From NCBI GenBank assembly GCA_964429085.1, contig CAYSAP010000001.1:2448-40456 (forward strand): a stretch of 38,009 nucleotides of DNA. The letters run 5' to 3'. A program made the translations under genes and the position numbers. Positions 17,367-26,301 of the stretch are shown here, in pieces (position 1 is the first letter of the stretch; every line of letters starts with the position of its first letter). The notes under the pieces were generated by a model. The model saw only the letters and a program-made list of their open reading frames with translations, was not told the DNA's origin and searched no databases. This DNA is from an uncultured Gammaproteobacteria bacterium (lineage in GTDB: Bacteria; Patescibacteriota; Microgenomatia; UBA10105; UBA927).

Positions 17367-18102
17367 ATCTAAGTCTCCTCCACGGACGGCTTCGGAAAAG
17401 TCGCCACAATCCGTATACATCTCCCATTGCCGTTTTCATTACCCGCACCGTTGAGCCCGGGTTATCAATCCACGTCACTGGTTCCTCATACAGCCGGAAT
17501 CCGCTCTTTTCACCGACGATAAGAAGCTCGCTATCAAAAAACCATTCGTTATCTTTTATATGGGGAAGTAGCTCTGTTACAACCTTGCGTGTTACGGCTT
17601 TAAACCCGCATTGGGCATCCGTAAAATTCACCCAGAATATCATTTTAATGAGTGCAATATACCCTTTGGACGTAATGGACCGCAACGCGCTCCTTCCGAA
17701 CACTCGGGCTCCCCGGGTATTACGGCTTCCTATGGCAATGTCAAAACCCCGTTCAAGAGAATGAAGCAACGAGGGAAAGTGTTTCAGATCCGTTGACAGG
17801 TCAATATCCATATATGCGAGATAATCGTAGGAGCCACTGCGCCAAACATGTTTCACTGCTCTGCCTCTGCCTTTTTGGCTTAGGTGCTCGACTGATACAG
17901 TCTGATACGTTTGACTCAATTCCCTGGCTATCCGGAGTGTGGAGTCTGTAGACGCGTTATCGGCAATGGTGATGTGCCAGGAAAAATCCGCACAGTTTTT
18001 TGATAAAAATCGGACAAGTGTAGCAACGCTGGCCGCTAACTCCGCGGCTTCATTATATACCGGCAGTACGACATTAACGCTTGGCTTTTCGTTGTTTTTC
18101 AT
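17353..18102 (-). CDS. GT2 polyprenyl-phosphate hexosyltransferase-like enzyme (DPM1/ALG5/GtrB-like catalytic domain, no TM)
   Basis: VNVVLPVYNEAAEL..ITIADNASTDST..YMDIDLS..IGSRN..DAQCGFKA..FDSELL. The codon at 18117 is TTG, and the first ATG is 18102. Confidence 0.75.
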   Translation of the reverse strand: MKNNEKPSVNVVLPVYNEAAELAASVATLVRFLSKNCADFSWHITIADNASTDSTLRIARELSQTYQTVSVEHLSQKGRGRAVKHVWRSGSYDYLAYMDIDLSTDLKHFPSLLHSLERGFDIAIGSRNTRGARVFGRSALRSITSKGYIALIKMIFWVNFTDAQCGFKAVTRKVVTELLPHIKDNEWFFDSELLIVGEKSGFRLYEEPVTWIDNPGSTVRVMKTAMGDVYGLWRLFRSRPWRRLRYGRH

Positions 18103-19735
18103 AAAGAATTGCTGCAAAAACTATAAGGGCCACAAAGGATATGCCGTTGCCTGTCGCTCTCACCGGCGTATCGGCAAACCGCATCTCCAGCAATGACTGG
18201 CCTGCCTCAATGCTCACAACCGGCAAACCGTCTGCAATACGCGGGGTTATTTCCGCATTATTAATAACATACCGCCACCCCGGAAAATATGCCTTGTTAA
18301 CTATGATATCCATGGAGCCTGCGGCCTGCATCGCGACATTCAGATCAACTGCCGATTCCCGCAGCTTTGTTACAGACAGACCGGTTCTTCCCTCTATTGT
18401 ATCAAACATAGCTTCCGATTCCTTTGTCGGCCGAATTAAATCATTGGGCAAATATTCATCCGATATTTTCGAAACTCGCCAGCGCAAATCCGCCGGCGTT
18501 TCAAACATCCCGCTCTGTGCGGCATACATATACTGCGGGACAAACCATTTTGCATTCAGCGCTATAATGAGCGTCCCAAAAAACAGCGCTAATGCAGCTT
18601 GTTTTCTCAATCCTGACACAGCATTGATGCCGATGCCTCCGAGAAGTGACAATCCAAACGCAGAGATAGCCAAAAACCGCCAAGGATATTGCAGATATGC
18701 AAAACCCGGAATCAACTCCCACATAAAAGCCGAATATTCGGTCGTAAAAAACACTGACAGGACGGTAATAAGTACTCCGGCCACAACTATGGCTTTTGTG
18801 TGCTTTGGTTTTACCCACATCCATAGGAAAAGCGATATGAGGGCGCCCATAATGTGAAGTTTCCCCAAAATAAATGACATTCCGTCTAAACATCCCGCGG
18901 CTGACCCCCCATATCCCCAAAGCGAACTCCATAATTGGCTTATACAAACAAAATGGTCGCGAAAATTAGCCGTCTCACTGACCTGACCGGCGATACTTGT
19001 GCTGCCCATTTCCAGCAGAGCGGGCAGCCAAAAAAATGCGGACAGTCCTAACCCCAACAGTACTATATACACATGAAACATAAAGCCTGACCCGTCAAAT
19101 TTTCGACGCATCGACTGAACTGCCCAATACGTCAAAATTCCGGAAACAATAAAAAGCATGGTTACGAATCCGAGTAACGTATGGGATAGTACCGCACCCG
19201 CCACACCAATAGCTCCGATGGGGAAGCGCAGATACCCGAGTGGCGACGTGTTACGCATCAGTGCATACAGAATAAGTGGCCAAAACATAAGGATCCAATA
19301 CTCTCCTACCGCCCCCCGTACATATATTTGCACTGCATGGTACGGGGCAAAAAGATACAGGAGCGAAGAAACGACAGCAGCCGGAACACCTAGAACACCA
19401 GAAACTACTGCGTAAAGCAGTATCGCCGGCAAAATTATTCCAACCGCAAACATTAATTTTGTGGCTAACAACGCCGGCACACCGAGCGCATATATGACGC
19501 CTCCGAAATAATATGGTAACGGCCCGTAAAAATTAAAAATCGGATATCCATATCCGAATCCCAAATCGGAAACCATACGAACAGGGAATTGCCCCTCCGA
19601 AAGAGCTCTCCCCATTGTGATGACCCGGGACACCTGGGTGTCATCGTGCATCGGGAAATACCCGGATGAAATAATCGGGCGTATCGCAATAAAACTTACA
19701 CAAAAAATAATAATCACCCACAATAATCTCTTCAT
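18074..19735 (-). CDS. Polytopic membrane protein, PTPS-related/GT-C-like
   Basis: The N-terminal ..FPMHDDTQVSRVITMGRALSEGQFPVRMVSDLGFGYGYPIFNFYGPLPYY recalls the 'PTPS_related' membrane family. The C-terminal ..NKAYFPGWRYVINN.. plus a terminal TM follow. It is a tandem paralog of 19732-21258. Confidence 0.65.
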   Translation of the reverse strand: MKRLLWVIIIFCVSFIAIRPIISSGYFPMHDDTQVSRVITMGRALSEGQFPVRMVSDLGFGYGYPIFNFYGPLPYYFGGVIYALGVPALLATKLMFAVGIILPAILLYAVVSGVLGVPAAVVSSLLYLFAPYHAVQIYVRGAVGEYWILMFWPLILYALMRNTSPLGYLRFPIGAIGVAGAVLSHTLLGFVTMLFIVSGILTYWAVQSMRRKFDGSGFMFHVYIVLLGLGLSAFFWLPALLEMGSTSIAGQVSETANFRDHFVCISQLWSSLWGYGGSAAGCLDGMSFILGKLHIMGALISLFLWMWVKPKHTKAIVVAGVLITVLSVFFTTEYSAFMWELIPGFAYLQYPWRFLAISAFGLSLLGGIGINAVSGLRKQAALALFFGTLIIALNAKWFVPQYMYAAQSGMFETPADLRWRVSKISDEYLPNDLIRPTKESEAMFDTIEGRTGLSVTKLRESAVDLNVAMQAAGSMDIIVNKAYFPGWRYVINNAEITPRIADGLPVVSIEAGQSLLEMRFADTPVRATGNGISFVALIVFAAILYEKQRKAKR

Positions 19736-21258
19736 GTACGTTTATATGTCTTTCTCATCCATACCAGATACCCTAACACGCTTACTACACTCAGCATATC
19801 GGCGGCAAAGCGCATCGGCGTTTCACGAAACGCAGCCTCAAGACGGTGACTGCCCTGGGGAACTACGACACGCATTACCCCAAATGCATTGCCGTAATTT
19901 ATAGGTATTAGCCGGTCGTCAATGGTTATCCCCCAGCCAGGATAATATATTTTGTTGATCTGAACGATACTTTCGGTATTTGCTTCAATGTTGACGTTTA
20001 TTCGTTCTCCTGCAAATGTCCTCGAGGTAAAAGAAACATCCCCGTCTATAACCTCAAGCGTTTCAATGGGTCTCGATAACGGAATGTCGGACACCCATCG
20101 CGGCATATATTCATTAGCGACAGTTGTCGTAGCTTCGTTCGTCGTGTAGTACCCTGCTTCCCGGTTAACAAAAATCACGCGTTGCAACTGCCCTCCCGCT
20201 CCCTGGATCCAAATAAGCAAAAAGACGACGCAAAGCAACGTGTTTTGCCAGCCTTTTACCCGTTCCAGCGCCATAGCGACAATCCATGGCCCCAATAATA
20301 CGGGGATGACCAAAAATCTGTAAGGAAACTGTACAAGCTGGCTTACTATCGGCAGTTTCCAAATGAAAGAACTCAAAGCCAGGCTCATCAGCAATCCGCC
20401 TAGTACCAAAACAGCTATGGAAATATCCCGGAGTGGCAATTTTTTTCTGGAGCCCATCAATATTCCAAGCGCGATAACGGTAGAAAACCCAAGAAGCGTG
20501 GCGTTTTCCATACTGATAAAGTATGTTTCGGGACGCGATATCACCGTAAATCCAAAACGCACGAGACCCTTTTCCAACAATGCCGGCATCCAAAAAAATG
20601 CTGCGGCTCCGGCTCCGAACACAAACGACGCCATATACCGAAGCCTGTGCGCATGTGCCAATATGAGGACAAAAATCGCAGCTCCGGCTATAAGAGCTAC
20701 TGTATTGTGACTTACAATAAGCAGCGCGACTGACGGGGCAACTAACCAAATCCAGCTTTTTTCTATGGCCAGTAGGAGAAGAGCCGCTGCAAACATTGCC
20801 AAAACCTCACCGACGGAACCCCGACGATACAAATCATACAGAAGATACGGAGAAAATATAAAACTTAGCGAACCGACAAGACTGGGTACTATCCTAAACC
20901 TATTCCTAAGCGCTATAAAAATTGCTGCGGCAGCACCAATGACCGACGCGCCAAGAATAACTTTTACCGAATCCAAAAAAGACAAGCCAATCAGATGAAG
21001 AAGGCTTCCTATATAGAGAAACCCCGGGTATAAAAAGTTGGCAACCGGATACCCGTAGCTATTATGTAACCTGCCCAAATACCGCACGGGGAATTGCCCG
21101 TTTGCCAGGCTTTGATAAAAAGCGGAAAGCCGTATCACCATCCACTCGCCATCATCGGATACGTAAAATCCGGCGTGTGTAAGCGGCCATAAAACAAGGG
21201 CGAGTGCTATCCCCATGACTATAAGCACCGGGATGAGTAACGAGTTCTTTTTTTTCAT
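19732..21258 (-). CDS. Polytopic membrane protein, PTPS-related/GT-C-like (paralog of 18074-19735)
   Basis: ..YVSDDGEWMVIRLSAFYQSLANGQFPVRYLGRLHNSYGYPVANFLYPGFLY.. and the C-terminal ..NKIYYPGWGITIDD..GSHRLEAAF plus a terminal TM. ATGA overlaps occur at both ends. Confidence 0.65.
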   Translation of the reverse strand: MKKKNSLLIPVLIVMGIALALVLWPLTHAGFYVSDDGEWMVIRLSAFYQSLANGQFPVRYLGRLHNSYGYPVANFLYPGFLYIGSLLHLIGLSFLDSVKVILGASVIGAAAAIFIALRNRFRIVPSLVGSLSFIFSPYLLYDLYRRGSVGEVLAMFAAALLLLAIEKSWIWLVAPSVALLIVSHNTVALIAGAAIFVLILAHAHRLRYMASFVFGAGAAAFFWMPALLEKGLVRFGFTVISRPETYFISMENATLLGFSTVIALGILMGSRKKLPLRDISIAVLVLGGLLMSLALSSFIWKLPIVSQLVQFPYRFLVIPVLLGPWIVAMALERVKGWQNTLLCVVFLLIWIQGAGGQLQRVIFVNREAGYYTTNEATTTVANEYMPRWVSDIPLSRPIETLEVIDGDVSFTSRTFAGERINVNIEANTESIVQINKIYYPGWGITIDDRLIPINYGNAFGVMRVVVPQGSHRLEAAFRETPMRFAADMLSVVSVLGYLVWMRKTYKRT

Positions 21259-22778
21259 GGTAACGGTGCTGGAGCCGTGCCAACGCGGTAAAAACGAAGC
21301 TTCTTATGATCTTCACGCTGCGCTTTTTCGTATTCTCCAATAAGCGTAAGCGACCATTTCGGCGGAAGCATCTGGCTTTCGTTTAATACGAAATATGTCG
21401 CGCTTGCAGAAGCGGCGTCCACTATTTCCTGAGGCATAACCTGCGGCAACGGCCATAACCCTGTGATTTTTACGTTCGGGTTGTCGACGAGGTATATTTC
21501 AATAGCATACGGCATAAGTCCGAACGTTCCCTCCGTAAAGACGTTTACTTTTTGTGCTGCCGCTTCCGCACTAAGATAGGCGACCACTTCTTTTACTCCT
21601 CCCCCTGCAGGCCAATCGTCGATAAATTGACCCCTATCTGCAAGCGGAATCGGCGCTTCTTTGGGGGCACGCACGATAACATTCGTCACATAAAGACTTG
21701 GAAGAAACACTATGGCCACCAGAGCCAAGCGCACCATTGGCCGGCGAATGCGGTCCCATGCGTGTACCACCGCATAAGCCGCAATGATAAGAAGCGGTAT
21801 TGCCATAAAAAGGATAAATCGGGGATATAATATTTTCGCGAAATTCGCCAACGCCGCAAATGGTAACAGCCACCAAAGATATAACAACATGCGCTCCCGT
21901 ACTTTCGGCCATCTCGTGAACCACGGCACCATTGCCATAATAAACAGCGGGATTGTCAGGTAATGGCGTAACCAATCAAACATGCCGCGCAGATTGCCTG
22001 CAAAAAAACGAAACGGCTGATTTAACCATTCGGAAACGGTAAAAATAAACACATTGTCCTTTTGCCCCACTATATGGAAAAAAGGTGATAGCCGTAACAC
22101 GCTGTAACATACCTGCGATAGTACGGCGGCAATAGCAACTAACCCCGTCCACCTAACCAATCTTGCCCATCGGTCTTTCCGTTCCCAGTCGAACAACAGG
22201 AGAGTTACAGGCAAAAAATAGAGCGTCAGAAAACCGGAGCTTTTATTGAGTATTCCGGCTCCCAACACCATACCAAGCATCAATGCCGTATCTAAGCGTA
22301 CGTAACGGGCAAGTAACACAGCCAGGTAGAGGCCCCAAACTGAAAAAGTTGAAACTAACGAATCATAGAGTGCGATACGGTCATACCATGCGGTAAACGG
22401 CACGATCACGTAGAGGAGGCCGGTCAGCCAGGCGATACGCTTATCACGAAACAGCTCATGCGACACCAGCCACAATCCTATAAGCGTCGCAGCTCCCGCT
22501 ACAACGCTCGTTAACCTGCCGGCAAATAGTGGATCCGTTGACTCGAATACTTTAAGAAGCACCATCATGATCCAAGTGAACATCGGCTGTTTTCCGTCTG
22601 TCAGGGATATAAACCGCCAATTGGCATCCCGCATCCCGATCTGGGACCATCGGATATATATTGCTTCGTCCGTGAAAATAGGAAGGGCGGTGAGATTAAC
22701 AAGTCTCGTTAGGGCATAGAGTACTAAGATAGCTGCCGCTCCAAGTATCCACCAAAGCCATTGTTTGGTAATCCGCAT
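21255..22778 (-). CDS. PMT_2/ArnT-like GT-C membrane glycosyltransferase (GT39/GT83-like)
   Basis: TM1 is followed by ALPIFTDEAIYIRWSQ (acidic loop). The protein is polytopic with a soluble C-terminal domain. Confidence 0.8.
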   Translation of the reverse strand: MRITKQWLWWILGAAAILVLYALTRLVNLTALPIFTDEAIYIRWSQIGMRDANWRFISLTDGKQPMFTWIMMVLLKVFESTDPLFAGRLTSVVAGAATLIGLWLVSHELFRDKRIAWLTGLLYVIVPFTAWYDRIALYDSLVSTFSVWGLYLAVLLARYVRLDTALMLGMVLGAGILNKSSGFLTLYFLPVTLLLFDWERKDRWARLVRWTGLVAIAAVLSQVCYSVLRLSPFFHIVGQKDNVFIFTVSEWLNQPFRFFAGNLRGMFDWLRHYLTIPLFIMAMVPWFTRWPKVRERMLLYLWWLLPFAALANFAKILYPRFILFMAIPLLIIAAYAVVHAWDRIRRPMVRLALVAIVFLPSLYVTNVIVRAPKEAPIPLADRGQFIDDWPAGGGVKEVVAYLSAEAAAQKVNVFTEGTFGLMPYAIEIYLVDNPNVKITGLWPLPQVMPQEIVDAASASATYFVLNESQMLPPKWSLTLIGEYEKAQREDHKKLRFYRVGTAPAPLP

Positions 22779-22784
22779 ATCTTG

Positions 22785-22793
22785 ATTATACCA
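22785..22793 (-). promoter_or_regulatory. Extended -10 element TGgTATAAT, 6 nt upstream of ATG 22778 (leaderless configuration)
   Basis: The minus strand reads TAG-ttttcacgggattcc-TGGTATAAT-caagat-ATG. No Shine-Dalgarno is present and the -35 is poor. Confidence 0.35.
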
Positions 22794-22808
22794 GGAATCC
22801 CGTGAAAA

Positions 22809-23954
22809 CTAGGAAACAGAAGTGGATTTCCCGCTGCTGCGAGCCGGAATCAAGAGGCTTACAACTGCTATTCCTACGCCAATCCAGATAATTGATGTTT
22901 TCCAAAGCTGTTCAGTGACGGAATACTCTCCGAAATAGAGATACGGAGCATAACTAACTACAAGGCCCAGGGATATGACGGTTGCAAATGTCACGAGCTT
23001 ACTATAGTGCGCATTAAGCGCGACAAACGGCAGAATCCACACCCAATACCAGGGAAGAAATTCCCGCCTCAATAGCACCAGGGCAAGACCAAACATTATG
23101 GCCAAGAACATCCAGGTCACATTCTTCTTCAGCAAAAATACCGGTACCAAAAATATAGTCATAAACTTTGAGGCGACGGAGAGGGCGAGAAAAAACCATG
23201 ACGCAAGTGCATTTTTTTTGTAATAGCATATGGCCACTAACGCAAACGCGACCAATACTATATCGTTATGCCCGCTTACCAGCGATTCGATCAGAATAAG
23301 CGGATTGAGAGCAAACAACGCCAGTCCGTAAATTTTTTGTTTCGGACGTACTATATCCAAGGCATGCACAAGCGCCCAACACGCAAGGAGGTAAAAACCT
23401 GCAATCATAAACTTTGTCGCAAATAATACGAGAATAAAATATCCCAACCCGAAAAAATACGGTACCAGACTCAGCAAAATCCACAACGGCGTATATGCAC
23501 TCGTCAGATGTGTCCACCGCATGAAGTTCGTCCATGGATCTATACCAGAAAACTGCAGCGGCGTTACGGCGTAAGGATTTTGGTGATATACCAATACCGT
23601 TTTTGCTGTAAATAAATAGTTAAAAAAATCATAGGAAAATGCTGCAGGGTACGAAAACACGAGTATGACGGTCACGGCAATAATCAGCCTCCATATTGCC
23701 GCAAGTGTTATTTCCCCTTTTTTTACATAATGAAGCAGACCGGCATACAGTCCGAACAATGAAAAAAGTATGGAGACATATATAAGGGTCGAAAGCGGCC
23801 TCTGGTAGAATCCCACAAACTGAAACCCTTTTTGTATCGTTTGAACCAAACTAGCACGCGAAAGTGTGAGGTTGAGATCGACCTGCGTATAACTAAAAAA
23901 CAACAATGCAATAGCGGCAACTATGTATCCGGAAAAAGGTTTTGAATGTTTCAT
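22809..23954 (-). CDS. Polytopic membrane protein, GT87/DUF2029-like GT-C candidate
   Basis: The protein is about 381 aa and almost entirely hydrophobic. It carries ..FSYDFFNYLFTAKTVLVYHQNPY.. and ..SGHNDIVLVAF.. motifs reminiscent of PimE/GT87-type mannosyltransferases. Start ATG 23954 forms an ATGA overlap. The longest ORF extends to 24059. Confidence 0.5.
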   Translation of the reverse strand: MKHSKPFSGYIVAAIALLFFSYTQVDLNLTLSRASLVQTIQKGFQFVGFYQRPLSTLIYVSILFSLFGLYAGLLHYVKKGEITLAAIWRLIIAVTVILVFSYPAAFSYDFFNYLFTAKTVLVYHQNPYAVTPLQFSGIDPWTNFMRWTHLTSAYTPLWILLSLVPYFFGLGYFILVLFATKFMIAGFYLLACWALVHALDIVRPKQKIYGLALFALNPLILIESLVSGHNDIVLVAFALVAICYYKKNALASWFFLALSVASKFMTIFLVPVFLLKKNVTWMFLAIMFGLALVLLRREFLPWYWVWILPFVALNAHYSKLVTFATVISLGLVVSYAPYLYFGEYSVTEQLWKTSIIWIGVGIAVVSLLIPARSSGKSTSVS

Positions 23955-24703
23955 GTATATTTCCCCTGCCACGCATTTATCCGGATACGCAGGATATCCA
24001 CTAATCCCTGCGCGGAATCTTTGATAGGACTCACCCTTCTGGTTTCCACATAATGCCATTCTACCGGCACTTCTTTTATCTTAAACCCGAGTTTTTGTGC
24101 AAGAAACAGCGCTTCGATATCAAAACCGGCAGTCACCATGGGGCCGTGCACTTCATGCATGTTTCCATATAATTCGAGACGGGAAAATATATCTTTGGCC
24201 ACAGCGCGCTTAAATGCTTTAAACCCGCATTGCGTATCCGTTATACCCCTTAACCCTAACAATAATCCGCGCAATATCATAAATCCTCTCGCCATGATAA
24301 CCCGCGAAACCGGCGCACCCTCTCTTCTTCTGTTGCGGCTCCCTATAACAACGTCAAATCCGCGATCAAACCACGGCAATACTTTTTCCAGTTCCGAGAT
24401 GGGCGTTGCTTGGTCCAAATCCGAAAATAGCACGATCGACCCCTTGGCTTTCAGCATTCCGGATATAACGGTACCAGCTTTGCCTCTGTGCGGATTATGA
24501 TAAACGGTAAATCCCGGATTTGCCTGGGCGAATGCGTCAAGCAGCTTGGGTGAACCGTCCGTTGAACCGTCATCCACCAAGAGTGCCTCCCAGGCAAAGG
24601 ATTGGCGCTCCAGATAGCGCGAGACTTTATCAAGGCTTCCTAGCCGGATATTCGTTTCTTCGTTGTACGAAGGAATAATGACAGATAAAAACGGGCTGCT
24701 CAT
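23951..24703 (-). CDS. GT2 polyprenyl-phosphate hexosyltransferase-like enzyme (DPM1/ALG5/GtrB-like, no TM)
   Basis: FLSVIIPSYNEETNI..LLVDDGSTDGS..FSDLDQA..IGSRN..DTQCGFKAF..FDIEALF. Start ATG 24703 forms an ATGA overlap. The longest ORF extends to 24763. Confidence 0.8.
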   Translation of the reverse strand: MSSPFLSVIIPSYNEETNIRLGSLDKVSRYLERQSFAWEALLVDDGSTDGSPKLLDAFAQANPGFTVYHNPHRGKAGTVISGMLKAKGSIVLFSDLDQATPISELEKVLPWFDRGFDVVIGSRNRRREGAPVSRVIMARGFMILRGLLLGLRGITDTQCGFKAFKRAVAKDIFSRLELYGNMHEVHGPMVTAGFDIEALFLAQKLGFKIKEVPVEWHYVETRRVSPIKDSAQGLVDILRIRINAWQGKYT

Positions 24704-26301
24704 TTCGCTTCCTCTCCTTTGTAATGAACCAGTCCCATAACTTTGATAAACGATACCTGCCACTCGCCGTCAATTTCCGCCCTTCCGAATCCGGCGATCT
24801 CCCAAAGCGGATGCCCGAGAGGCTTACAGTCCTGCATCTCACAAATAATAATGAGCTGATCCGTAACACTCTTTCTTTCCGGATCCTTTTCGACGTTTTC
24901 TATGACAACTGGAGGATCCCCCCATATTTCAAAAAAATATCGGTACACATGATCGGAGTTAGAACTCGTCAGCAGCGCAAAGTTGTAGGGTTTGCCGCCT
25001 GTTTTTTCATATGCAGCTTTTGCAATCATTTTGGCTTGCCCCAGCTGATTATTCGGCTCGAATTTAAACGGCCTTCCTTCCCAATTGAGATATACAAGCG
25101 CCATGACAATAACGGCGGTTACTGCTTTACCGATCCTCGCCGCACGAACGCTTCGCAGAACAAGAGCCACTAACAAAAACGGCAGGGCAAAAAACAATCC
25201 GAAATAGTAATCATATATACCCTTTTTATAAAATCCAAAAAGCGTCAGCGGAATAATAAACCAAAGCAAAAATAGCACGACGCCGTAAAGTCCCGCCGCA
25301 GGATTGCCTGCGCGCGCGTTCTTGTTCCAGTTCACCGGCACTATGCGGGTGACATACGCGACGAGCAATCCCAAAGACGCAAAAAGGCTGAACTTTGTTC
25401 CGATTTCCCATATATGTTGGGCGACAACCGGAATATTTACCCATTGTTCCGGTGGCGGCAACCTAAATACGAGTCTGCCGAACAACCGGTAACTTACCTC
25501 TGATATATTTTTCCAGAACGTGCCTGTTACAAGTCCAGTGCCCTCGCCCTCACGGAGAAAGTTAACTATCGATATCGTGTTCGGAAACCCGTGACGCAGT
25601 TCAAACGCCAGAAAAGGACCGTACCCGATAATAAATCCCAACCCACCGAGTACATAATAGGTAAACCATGTTTTCGATCTTCCGTACATGAGATACCATA
25701 CGCCGACGACAGGAAACAAAAATAGAAAAAGGTAGTGCAATTGCAAACCAATACCCAATACGACCCCGATCCAAAACAGCAGCTTAGGATTATTTTTTGC
25801 CACGGAGTGCCATAATAAAAGGACAAGGAGCGAAGAAAAAAACGGAACCAGATTAGGATTCCAGGAGGAACGGGAATACGCAATGACTATCGGCGAAAAA
25901 CAATACAGTATTGCTGCAGTCAGTCCAACCCATTCGTCAAATAGGTCGCGGCCGAGCCTGTAGACTACATACATAGTTGCAATCCCAAAAAGCGCAACCA
26001 TGACGGCCGCTCCCGCAGGGTTAAGTCCCGATGCCCATACAAACGGCAACATAAAATAATAATAGATAGGTCCTAAAAAGAATCCTCCTACCGAAGCGGT
26101 TGGCCCAAGCAGCGTAAACGTATGATCCACGATCATGCGCTTGATAACCAGCATATCCCGTCCTTCATCGCCCAGGAACGTCATATACTCGGAAATACGG
26201 TAAAGCCGAAGATACGCGCCGAGCAGCAATATGACACATAACGCCATGAAGGGCAGATAAGGCGTGATCCGATGAAACAATTTAGTCATCCGTAATATCA
26301 T
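24700..26301 (-). CDS. PMT_2/ArnT-like GT-C membrane glycosyltransferase
   Basis: TM1 is followed by YMTFLGDEGRDMLVIKRM (acidic loop). The protein is polytopic with a soluble C-terminal domain. Start ATG 26301 forms an ATGA overlap. The longest ORF extends to 26379. Confidence 0.8.
   Translation of the reverse strand: MILRMTKLFHRITPYLPFMALCVILLLGAYLRLYRISEYMTFLGDEGRDMLVIKRMIVDHTFTLLGPTASVGGFFLGPIYYYFMLPFVWASGLNPAGAAVMVALFGIATMYVVYRLGRDLFDEWVGLTAAILYCFSPIVIAYSRSSWNPNLVPFFSSLLVLLLWHSVAKNNPKLLFWIGVVLGIGLQLHYLFLFLFPVVGVWYLMYGRSKTWFTYYVLGGLGFIIGYGPFLAFELRHGFPNTISIVNFLREGEGTGLVTGTFWKNISEVSYRLFGRLVFRLPPPEQWVNIPVVAQHIWEIGTKFSLFASLGLLVAYVTRIVPVNWNKNARAGNPAAGLYGVVLFLLWFIIPLTLFGFYKKGIYDYYFGLFFALPFLLVALVLRSVRAARIGKAVTAVIVMALVYLNWEGRPFKFEPNNQLGQAKMIAKAAYEKTGGKPYNFALLTSSNSDHVYRYFFEIWGDPPVVIENVEKDPERKSVTDQLIIICEMQDCKPLGHPLWEIAGFGRAEIDGEWQVSFIKVMGLVHYKGEEAK

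Noticed and set aside
18141-18857. 238-aa ORF on the + strand
   Set aside because: It is entirely antisense to the well-supported 553-aa membrane protein gene 18074-19735. Its translation is low-complexity (S/A/P/R-rich) with no motif. It is a typical shadow ORF.
20165-20749. 194-aa alternative-frame ORF on the minus strand. Similar cases are 12473-12988, 9015-9506, 3242-3718, 35374-35820 and 37304-37855.
   Set aside because: All are nested within or antisense to longer ORFs that carry clear family signatures. Their translations are R/C/G-rich and featureless.
21248-21255. A8/T8 homopolymer tracts (also 8408-8415, 17139-17146, 36759-36766) as possible slipped-strand phase-variation switches in surface-glycan genes
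   Set aside because: Each simply encodes Lys-Lys(-Lys) in frame. The tracts are short for efficient slippage. One lies in the M23 gene and others in unrelated genes, so this looks like AAA codon usage rather than contingency loci.
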